From Candidatus Dojkabacteria bacterium (GTDB taxonomy: Bacteria; Patescibacteriota; Dojkabacteria; J137): a DNA stretch of 64,000 nucleotides. The stretch covers positions 231,772-295,771 of the forward strand of contig JBDTVZ010000001.1 of assembly GCA_040006935.1 (NCBI GenBank), read 5' to 3'. The notes beneath the pieces are model-generated. The model was not told where the DNA came from. It saw only the letters and a program-made list of their open reading frames with translations, and did no database searches. The position numbers and the translations under genes are program-made. Positions 57,156 to 64,000 of the stretch are shown here, piece by piece. Each line of letters starts with the position of its first letter. Position 1 is the stretch's first letter.

Positions 57156-57986
57156 ATGAACCCAGATTATTCTCCTCAAAACTTGTTGAAAAGCCTGGTT
57201 GATAAATTCTCCAAGAACGAAGAGGTATTCCTAATAGCAACTTTTGGATCCGCAATTAATAATGAAATGGACGATTATTCCGATGTGGATTTAATTATTT
57301 GCTCAAACGATTTAGCAAAAACTTATAGTGAATATCGCACTATTATAGAGTCAATTTCCCCAATTGTTGCAGTTTCACCATTTTATGCAGATAAACCTAA
57401 TGTTATTAGTGAAGTTATTTATCTAAAGAACTATAGTGCATTTCAAAAATTAGACTTAACAGTAATTCCATATCTGGGATATTTGTCAGACTTTAATCCG
57501 AACGTTTTTATAATGTACGAGAATCAAGTAGTTGATAGAACACTAAAAAGAGGAATTGTTAGAAAAAACAAACCAGCGGAAACTTTAGATTCGTGGATGA
57601 CTAACTATATGGGACTGGTTGTGGGTTTTGTGAAAACGTATAAAAGAAAAAATATGGAAATCTACAGATATTGGGATTTAGTTAAGGATGCGATGATTGT
57701 TTTACTCTTTGAGAAATATAATGGATGGAGTAAACAATTCGACAGGCCACGTTTAACTTCCGCTGAATATAAAGATCTATTCTATAGAAAAATTAGCAAA
57801 AGTGAATTCGATTTACTTTCACAAGTCTTGCCTCAAAGTGGGATTTTGGATATTAAGACTAGTTTTATTGTTTCATTCTTCTTATTTACTGAGCTACTAA
57901 GTATAAAATCTAGCTCGTTAAAAGAGTACATAAATTTAGAATTTCTAGACTACATTCGTGGCTTTATGCAAGAAGAGCTCCAGTAA
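57156..57986 (+). CDS. Nucleotidyltransferase-fold protein (ANT(6)/Lnu-like aminoglycoside/lincosamide nucleotidyltransferase family candidate)
   Basis: The N-terminal ATFGSAINNEMDDYSDVDLII matches the GS...DxD pol-beta NTase motif. The 276-aa length is typical of ANT(6). Confidence 0.4.
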   Translation: MNPDYSPQNLLKSLVDKFSKNEEVFLIATFGSAINNEMDDYSDVDLIICSNDLAKTYSEYRTIIESISPIVAVSPFYADKPNVISEVIYLKNYSAFQKLDLTVIPYLGYLSDFNPNVFIMYENQVVDRTLKRGIVRKNKPAETLDSWMTNYMGLVVGFVKTYKRKNMEIYRYWDLVKDAMIVLLFEKYNGWSKQFDRPRLTSAEYKDLFYRKISKSEFDLLSQVLPQSGILDIKTSFIVSFFLFTELLSIKSSSLKEYINLEFLDYIRGFMQEELQ

Positions 57987-58169
57987 TATATATGACTTTA
58001 CAGCTATAAATCTTAGCGGGTTTACGAGCTTTAGATTTATGTTGGCTTTAGCCCACCGCATTTTTTTGTTTTTGGCAGTTTTATACTGCATGAAGTTACC
58101 TTACTCTTTGATCGGGACAATCTCATAGAAGTTACGAAGTAACTCTTGCTGACAAGATGAACATTTATT

Positions 58170-58282
58170 TTCTCGCAGTGGGAGTTTGAGGGGAAATGTT
58201 TTTGACGTCATTGCGAGCCCGAGTTTAACGAGGGCGTGGCAATGAGGTAAGTTACAGAGTCACGGGATTGCTTCGTCATTTC
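58170..58282. repeat. GC-rich structured repeat (family member R5) abutting the msrA stop
   Basis: GACGTCATTGCGAGCCCGAG...GCGTGGCAATGAGG...GAGTCACGGGATTGCTTCGTCA. Its modules are reverse-complements of those in 63098..63210. Confidence 0.5.
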
Positions 58283-58809
58283 TTCCCATATTTCTCCCCG
58301 AGTTCCTTTCTAAATTTTGCAAGTTTTGGCGCAATTACAATAGAGCAGTAACCTGCATTAGGATTGTTCTTAAAATAATCTTGATGATAATCTTCTGCTG
58401 GATAGAACTTAGTAAAGTCTGTAACTTCAGTAACAATTGGTTTACTAAATACTTTATCCTCATCAATTGCTTTAATTACTTCTTCAGCATCCTTTTTTTG
58501 TTGATCATTATGATAAAAAATCGCAGATCGATATTGAGTTCCAACATCCGCACCTTGTTGATTCAAAGTTGTAGGATCATGAGTTTTTAAAAATATTTCT
58601 AATAACTCTTTGTAGGTTATCACTGATGGGTCAAATTCAAACTGAGTTGCCTCTGCGTGACCAGTAGAACCGAAAGAGACCTCTTCGTAACTTGGATTTT
58701 CCTTAGTTCCACCAGAATAGCCAGACATAACAGGACCAACACCTTTAACATTCTCAAAAATCTCTTCTGTACACCAAAAACAACCTGAAGCAAAAGTAGC
58801 GGTTTCCAT
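58276..58809 (-). CDS. msrA: Peptide methionine sulfoxide reductase MsrA
   Basis: GCFWCTE active-site motif and GYSGG. Conserved throughout. Confidence 0.9.
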   Translation of the reverse strand: METATFASGCFWCTEEIFENVKGVGPVMSGYSGGTKENPSYEEVSFGSTGHAEATQFEFDPSVITYKELLEIFLKTHDPTTLNQQGADVGTQYRSAIFYHNDQQKKDAEEVIKAIDEDKVFSKPIVTEVTDFTKFYPAEDYHQDYFKNNPNAGYCSIVIAPKLAKFRKELGEKYGKK

Positions 58810-58870
58810 ATTTGATAGTTAATAGTTAATAGTTAATAGTTAATAGTTAATAGTTAAAAGTTAAAAGTGA
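58810..58870. repeat. Tandem heptamer repeat (TAGTTAA)x5 plus degenerate copies
   Basis: TAGTTAATAGTTAATAGTTAATAGTTAATAGTTAAAAGTTAAAAGTGAATAGTTAA lies between the msrA start and tRNA-Arg. Confidence 0.7.
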
Positions 58871-58978
58871 ATAGTTAAGAACTCTTTAATTAGTATAAAT
58901 CTTGATGTCAGGATTGACAATAATAATGATATAATTGTCGCAGTTATCAACTGTTAACTCTTAACTTTTTAACTAGTA

Positions 58979-59052
58979 GCGCCCGTAGCTCAATTGGATA
59001 GAGCACTTGTCTTCGGAACAAGATGTTGGGGGTTCGAGTCCCTCCGGGCGTA
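58979..59052 (+). tRNA. tRNA-Arg (anticodon UCG)
   Basis: GCGCCCG acceptor (G1-U72), GCTC/GAGC D-stem, anticodon stem CTTGT/ACAAG with loop CTTCGGA, T-arm GGGGG-TTCGAGT-CCCTC. Confidence 0.8.
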
Positions 59053-59078
59053 TTTAATATAGAACTCTGTAAAATTTT

Positions 59079-59894
59079 ATGAGTAATACTATAAGACCTT
59101 TTTGGGAAACAGAGAATCAGGATCTTTTGTCTGCACTCTCACACCTCTTTAATACAACTCCAGAAAATGCTGAAAAAATTTCAAATGTAATTGGCAAGAC
59201 TTACGAATTTTATAGAATACTAAGAGGAACATTAAATTCTTCAGATAATTTTGAGCAAGACTCTAAGCTAGTTCTCCATATATCTAAAAAAATTCAAAAT
59301 AAACTATTAGAATTTACTTCTAACCCCGAGAAAGAATCTGATATTTTAGATTTAATACAGGAATACTTAGAAGAATTTAAATCAGAAGGTTACGAACCTT
59401 TTGCAAATACAAACATAAATGCGATGACGCAAACTATTATAAATTTCTCTTATTATATGAAAAAAGATATTAAGGATTTTATAAGTGTACTATTCTGGAC
59501 AATTTTAGATAAAACCAAATCACTTAATTATCGGGCTAAAAAGTTTGAAAAGTTTCTTATGGATAACAATATAAGAAGAATTAGATTCGTAGGACCTTTA
59601 GCTTCTGGTACTGTAGAATTATTAATTGTAAATTCTATATTTAGAAATTTACCTGATCAACTAGTGAAATATTTGAAGATACCATCTGGCATTACAGTAG
59701 AATATGATCCTATGGTGTTTATGTCTTCAGACCCAAATTCAAAAAATTATCAAAAAGTAGCACTACCTTCAGACTTAAAAGAAGGAGATGTAATAATAGT
59801 AATAGACGATGGATTTTCACAAAGAAGAGCCAAAGAAATAGAGGCTTATCTTCCAGCGAATGTCCTACTTTATCATACTCTCACTGAGAGATAA
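59079..59894 (+). CDS. Hypothetical protein
   Basis: 271-aa ORF. Confidence 0.3.
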   Translation: MSNTIRPFWETENQDLLSALSHLFNTTPENAEKISNVIGKTYEFYRILRGTLNSSDNFEQDSKLVLHISKKIQNKLLEFTSNPEKESDILDLIQEYLEEFKSEGYEPFANTNINAMTQTIINFSYYMKKDIKDFISVLFWTILDKTKSLNYRAKKFEKFLMDNNIRRIRFVGPLASGTVELLIVNSIFRNLPDQLVKYLKIPSGITVEYDPMVFMSSDPNSKNYQKVALPSDLKEGDVIIVIDDGFSQRRAKEIEAYLPANVLLYHTLTER

Positions 59895-59944
59895 TTAATC
59901 TCCTATTCTGGTAAAAACACTTTCCTCTAGTATAATTTGCTTCT

Positions 59945-61381
59945 ATGAAAGACGTCACTTTAAATTTCCTAGATCTAGAAACCACAGGAACAAATCACAA
60001 TAAAGACCGAATTATCGAAGTTTACGTTACTAAAGTGAAAAATAACAAAACTTTAGATACTTTCCACACCTTCATGAATCCAGGGTTTCGGCCAGATTCC
60101 TTTATACTCAACATGACAAATATTGATTATGGCGATTTACAAGCTGCACCTGTATTTGAAGATAAAATGGATGAGCTTTTTGAGTTTCTTGGTGAGGATA
60201 TGTTGGTAGCGCATAATGCTCGGTTTGATTACTCATTTTTGAAAAGTGAATTTAGAAGATACGGAATAGACATAAAAAATAATTATTGCTGCACTGTAAA
60301 ACTTTCTAGGATTTTATATCCTCAATATCAAAAACATAATTTGGACAGTATTATCGAAAGAATAAAATTTGGAGATGGCAAAAGACATCGAGCAGATTAC
60401 GATACAGAAGTTATTAAAAAATTTTTCTACTTAAGTTATGGCGAACATGGGCACGACGCTTTTGAAAATGCATTTAATTTATCTGTAAGAAAAGCTGCAA
60501 TTCCGGACAAGATAATGAATAAAGATTTGTCCAAAATTCCAAATACACCTGGAGTTTATATTTTCTTAGGGAAGGATGGTTTTCCTTTATACATTGGTAA
60601 AAGTATTCATTTAAAAAGTAGAGTAATGGATCACTTATACAACGATGTAAATTACAATAAAGATTTACAAATTAACCAGCAAATGACCGATATTAAAATT
60701 ATCCCAACTGCTGGAGAATTAGGAGCGCTATTAAGAGAATCTGCTTTAATAAAAAAGTATCAACCACTTTACAATAGAGCATTACGAAGAAATGAAAGCA
60801 TGGTTAAATTAAGAAGATTCTTTGATGAGAATGGCTATAGTAGATTAGATGTAGAAAGAGAAACTACTGTGGATACAAATGAACTTGAGGAAGTTGTTGG
60901 AATTTTTGGAAATAAAATATTGGTAAAAACAATGTTACAAGGTTATGTGAAAAAGTACGGACTTTGTCCAAAACTTTTAGGTTTAGAAAAAGGGAAAGGA
61001 GCTTGTTTTGCTTATCAATTAGGACAATGTAATGGTGCGTGTATTGGGAAAGTTCCAGTGAATGAATACAATGATTTATTTAGCAAAGTATTTGGAATGC
61101 ATAAAGTAGATATTTGGCCATTCGATGGTCCAATTGCGATTACAGAAAAAACTGGAGATTTAGAAGAAAAATTACTTTTTGATAAGTGGTGCTTTATTGG
61201 AACAAGCCTAGGAACAAGCGACGAAACTTTGATATCTAAACAAGTTTTTAATTTAGATACATACAATATAATTCGAAAGTTTTTAGAGAAAACTAAAACT
61301 ATTTCGGAGGTAATCACTGATGAGATTGATGAGTTTAAAATTTTGAATTTGAGTATTGATGACGTAAGCATCTCAGTTTAA
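59945..61381 (+). CDS. DnaQ-like DEDDh 3'-5' exonuclease fused to a GIY-YIG nuclease domain
   Basis: FLDLETTG, AHNARFDYSFL and HRADYDT (exonuclease), then PGVYIFLGKDGFPLYIGKSIHLKSRV (GIY-YIG). Confidence 0.7.
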   Translation: MKDVTLNFLDLETTGTNHNKDRIIEVYVTKVKNNKTLDTFHTFMNPGFRPDSFILNMTNIDYGDLQAAPVFEDKMDELFEFLGEDMLVAHNARFDYSFLKSEFRRYGIDIKNNYCCTVKLSRILYPQYQKHNLDSIIERIKFGDGKRHRADYDTEVIKKFFYLSYGEHGHDAFENAFNLSVRKAAIPDKIMNKDLSKIPNTPGVYIFLGKDGFPLYIGKSIHLKSRVMDHLYNDVNYNKDLQINQQMTDIKIIPTAGELGALLRESALIKKYQPLYNRALRRNESMVKLRRFFDENGYSRLDVERETTVDTNELEEVVGIFGNKILVKTMLQGYVKKYGLCPKLLGLEKGKGACFAYQLGQCNGACIGKVPVNEYNDLFSKVFGMHKVDIWPFDGPIAITEKTGDLEEKLLFDKWCFIGTSLGTSDETLISKQVFNLDTYNIIRKFLEKTKTISEVITDEIDEFKILNLSIDDVSISV

Positions 61382-62184
61382 ATACTGTTCCAATCTTTTT
61401 GAATTCTAACGATCTCAGGCAAAAAGGCTTCAAGATCTTTTAAGTATTTATAAAGTTCATCGATGTTTTTAAGTTTCATTACTTCTGTAATGATCAAGGA
61501 GTAATCGACTTTTGATTTAATTTTATTATTACTGATATTATGAGTGAAATCCATTATTTCAAAGCACTTTTCTACTACATCTTTCTCTAAAACCTCTTTT
61601 TGTGCGATCAATGTTCTTGAATACGGATGTGGTTTACGTTCACCGCAAACTGAGGCTATCATTTCATCTATTAATTCTTCAAATATCAAATCGTAAACTG
61701 AACTTTGTGGATATTCTAAAATTTCCGCTTTCCTTAATAAAAAGAAAAGAATATGACTTGCCTCATGTCTAAGATTAACTAAACTTTCATAGTCATCCGC
61801 TTCTAAATTTTCGTAGCTAGGTAATAACATAAAGTTTGTACCATTTTTTTGATTAACAGCCATACCCCTCACACCTGGTGCATCAATATTTTTACCAAAT
61901 TTTTGATTTAACTTTTTGAGCATGTCGTATGGAAGTCTTAAACAGTAAAGTCCTTCGCAAATTTCTACATACTTAACACTATCAATATTTTCTAATATTT
62001 CCTGGATATCAAAGTATTCGGATATTTGAGATAAGAGGTATTTAGAAGGATTATCTCTAAATTCGACTGAAATATTTATATTATTCTCAAAAAGTTTTAT
62101 CGCCTTACTTTTTTCTGTAAAGTCTAAGCTTTGTAATGCATTATAGTAATTATTTGCGACATTTGATAATTCAAAATTCTCCAT
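61378..62184 (-). CDS. Hypothetical protein
   Basis: 268-aa ORF overlapping the convergent upstream gene by 4 nt. Confidence 0.3.
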   Translation of the reverse strand: MENFELSNVANNYYNALQSLDFTEKSKAIKLFENNINISVEFRDNPSKYLLSQISEYFDIQEILENIDSVKYVEICEGLYCLRLPYDMLKKLNQKFGKNIDAPGVRGMAVNQKNGTNFMLLPSYENLEADDYESLVNLRHEASHILFFLLRKAEILEYPQSSVYDLIFEELIDEMIASVCGERKPHPYSRTLIAQKEVLEKDVVEKCFEIMDFTHNISNNKIKSKVDYSLIITEVMKLKNIDELYKYLKDLEAFLPEIVRIQKDWNSI

Positions 62185-62202
62185 TATTCTACAAGTTGAA
62201 TT

Positions 62203-62583
62203 TTATATAGGCTGATTATCTTCAGATTGATTTTCGTCAGCTAGCATTTTTTTCATTAATGCTTCCATTCTGTCTCCTAATTCTATTGCTTGATCTTGAT
62301 GGGTTTCACGGAATTCACTAATTACCCCTTTAAGTTCCACTTGCATTAAAGTTATATGTAAATCTAATTGAACCTTCTCCTCTTCGGTAGTTGTATCGCT
62401 GTGAAGTTTTTCATTTAAATCGTTTAGTTTCTTAGCAGTTTTTTCTACCTTAATTAAAAGCTCATCCAAGGTCATCTCACCAATATCTCTAGAATTATCT
62501 AAGAGATCCTTTAATGAAACATGTTTAACTGGTCCATTCTCTTCCTGTGGTGTCCCAATTACTTTGTAAGGCTTTTCATCCAT
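62203..62583 (-). CDS. Hypothetical acidic coiled-coil protein
   Basis: 126-aa ORF. Confidence 0.3.
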   Translation of the reverse strand: MDEKPYKVIGTPQEENGPVKHVSLKDLLDNSRDIGEMTLDELLIKVEKTAKKLNDLNEKLHSDTTTEEEKVQLDLHITLMQVELKGVISEFRETHQDQAIELGDRMEALMKKMLADENQSEDNQPI

Positions 62584-62618
62584 AGTAAGTACTTAAGAAA
62601 TATTATTACAATTATATA

Positions 62619-63071
62619 TTAATTACTTTTTCGACTCAACCACCAAGATAAAATCACCAAAACTGTAATTCCAGCAAAAGCCATTAAAGACATCATTGGA
62701 ATTGTTAGGAATCCGAATAGTTTGATATCTATTACTTCACAAGGTAATGCCTCGCTACAAGGAATAAAAGAAATATTTGGAGTTCCAGTTGATTGTATAT
62801 AAACATGATATATCGCGACTAAAATTCCTGGAACACTTAAGATTAGAAACCATGGTGAATTAATTTTCTTTTTAAATAAAATTAATAATGCAGCAATTGG
62901 GAGCAGTGGATACATGAAATATCTTTGTACATAGCAAAGATTACATGGTGGTAAGTTTAAGAAAAACTGAAAGTATAAACTTCCTGCAACAGATGCAAAT
63001 GAAAGTAAGAAGATTATTACGAGATAATCGTCTTTGATAAAGTTGATGAGTTTTGTTTTGTAGTTTTGCAT
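62619..63071 (-). CDS. Disulfide bond formation protein B (DsbB/BdbC family)
   Basis: Four TM helices. First cysteine pair in PPCNLCYVQR, second pair in FIPCSEALPC. Confidence 0.6.
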   Translation of the reverse strand: MQNYKTKLINFIKDDYLVIIFLLSFASVAGSLYFQFFLNLPPCNLCYVQRYFMYPLLPIAALLILFKKKINSPWFLILSVPGILVAIYHVYIQSTGTPNISFIPCSEALPCEVIDIKLFGFLTIPMMSLMAFAGITVLVILSWWLSRKSN

Positions 63072-63097
63072 AAGTTTTGTATTTAATAGTTATTTTG

Positions 63098-63302
63098 TTG
63101 TCATTGCGACCGTGCCTGCCGTCAGGCAAGGGGAGTGTAACGACGAAGCAATCCCGTGACTCTTGAACTTACGGGATTGCCACGTCCTCATCCCGATGAA
63201 TCGGGACTCGTCCTCGCAATGAGATCTTAAGCCTCACCCCTGACCCTCTCCTAAAGGAGAGGGTGGTTCGATCCGCCCAAGGCGGAGAGAACCGGGAGAG
63301 GC
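63098..63302. repeat. Composite GC-rich structured repeat (family member R6), inverted relative to R4/R5
   Basis: GTCATTGCGACCGTGCCTGCCGTCAGGCAAGG, GAAGCAATCCCGTGACTC, ACGGGATTGCCACGTCCTC and TCCCGA-TGAA-TCGGGA. CCTCACCCCTGACCCTCTCC-TAAA-GGAGAGGGTGG is the reverse complement of the R4 module. Confidence 0.55.
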
Positions 63303-64000
63303 TTATTCAAATTTCTTAAACAAAATAATCGTCTCATTATTCTTCAAAGCGTTTCTAGCATTTTCACAACTTGTTGGAATAATAGGTTCGTATAAATCTA
63401 TTACTGTACTAATTAAATAGCTTAAATTGTTTAATACTTTTTGTACTTTATCAGAATCTTTTTCAGACCATGGTGCGTTATCTTGAATATATTTATTTCC
63501 GTATTCTGCTAATTGAAATATTTCATCACATGCAAGTTTAATGTCAAAATCAGTATAAAGATTTTCGATTTTCGATTTTCGATTTTCGACTTCTTTTTTA
63601 AATTCTGGTTCTACAAGATCTGCATTATTAATTGACGCTTCTTTCTTATTAGCCAAATGAATAACTCGGTTTAATAAATTTCCAAAGTTATCTGCAAGTT
63701 TTGAGTTAAAGCTTGCTTTCAAGTCAGGTTCTAAATAAGCTGCATCTCCGTAAGTTGGGAGTTCGGACAGCATATAGAATCGAACTGCTTCGTATCCAAA
63801 TTTTTCTAATTGGTCAAATGGGGAAACTACATTTCCAATAGTCTTGCTCATTTTCCTTCCATCTGGTCCTAAAATAGTTCCGTGGCATAAGAACTTTTTG
63901 GAAGGTTCTAATCCTGCAGATAACAACATTCCTTGCCAAATTGCACATTGGAATCTTAAATTATCTGGTCCAAATATTTGAGTAACTGGCCACCATTGTT
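63303..64000 (-). CDS. metG: Methionyl-tRNA synthetase, C-terminal portion (5' end beyond window)
   Basis: KMSKTIGNVV (KMSKS motif), GYEAVRFYMLSELPTYGD, and an anticodon-binding helical domain. Confidence 0.8.
   Translation of the reverse strand, partial: QWWPVTQIFGPDNLRFQCAIWQGMLLSAGLEPSKKFLCHGTILGPDGRKMSKTIGNVVSPFDQLEKFGYEAVRFYMLSELPTYGDAAYLEPDLKASFNSKLADNFGNLLNRVIHLANKKEASINNADLVEPEFKKEVENRKSKIENLYTDFDIKLACDEIFQLAEYGNKYIQDNAPWSEKDSDKVQKVLNNLSYLISTVIDLYEPIIPTSCENARNALKNNETIILFKKFE

Noticed and set aside
58810-58975. CRISPR array
   Set aside because: The repeats are 7-nt tandem units without spacers. No 25-40-nt repeat-spacer periodicity and no cas genes anywhere in the window.
56658-59078. 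Integrated mobile element or prophage at the tRNA genes
   Set aside because: No integrase, transposase, recombinase or phage structural genes are present. Only repeats and one accessory-type gene. It is kept as a low-confidence islet finding, not called a mobile element.
63098-63302. Hammerhead or other small self-cleaving ribozyme within the GC-rich repeats
   Set aside because: I looked for the CUGAUGA...GAAA core. Only CGATGA inside a simple hairpin is present. No convincing catalytic core.

Overview
This is a very AT-rich (about 30% GC by eye) bacterial chromosomal window with standard stop codons and many hypothetical, membrane or secreted proteins, consistent with a small-genome, possibly epibiotic or CPR-like lineage (inference). 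It is dominated by two giant secreted proteins. The first is a 2777-aa Sec-signal RHS/YD-repeat polymorphic toxin (4167..12500, + strand). Its N-terminal LytM/M23 domain appears catalytically degenerate. Its C-terminal glycine-zipper domain follows the RHS core and looks pore-forming. An upstream beta-propeller gene is translationally coupled to it, and small candidate immunity genes lie downstream. The second is a 3659-aa protein (26994..37973, - strand). It carries an I9 propeptide, an apparently active S8 subtilisin, an apparently active M23 peptidase and Cys-rich repeats. About ten PA14-like and several cadherin-like domains follow, two Gly-rich beta-solenoid-like modules, and a recent ~1.1-kb tandem module duplication. 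The rest is housekeeping: a ROK glucokinase, exonuclease III, two ABC-F ATPases and a MacB-type ABC pair. RibA, MsrA, a BdbC/DsbB homologue, a P-type ATPase and a 5'-truncated MetRS are also present, with a DinD homologue and a DnaQ-exonuclease/GIY-YIG fusion. There is a KsgA/Erm-family rRNA adenine methyltransferase that aligns over its full length with ErmC, and an ANT(6)/Lnu-like nucleotidyltransferase sits between two tRNA genes, tRNA-Lys(CUU) and tRNA-Arg(UCG). Outside genes, a family of GC-rich structured intergenic repeats shows shared modules, opposite orientations and compensatory stem changes. A ~35-nt palindromic motif is shared upstream of the RHS operon and a downstream membrane-protein gene. 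There are tandem heptamer arrays and several clean bidirectional terminators. No CRISPR array, rRNA, transposase or integrase was seen. Hand-derived coordinates may be off by 1-3 nt.
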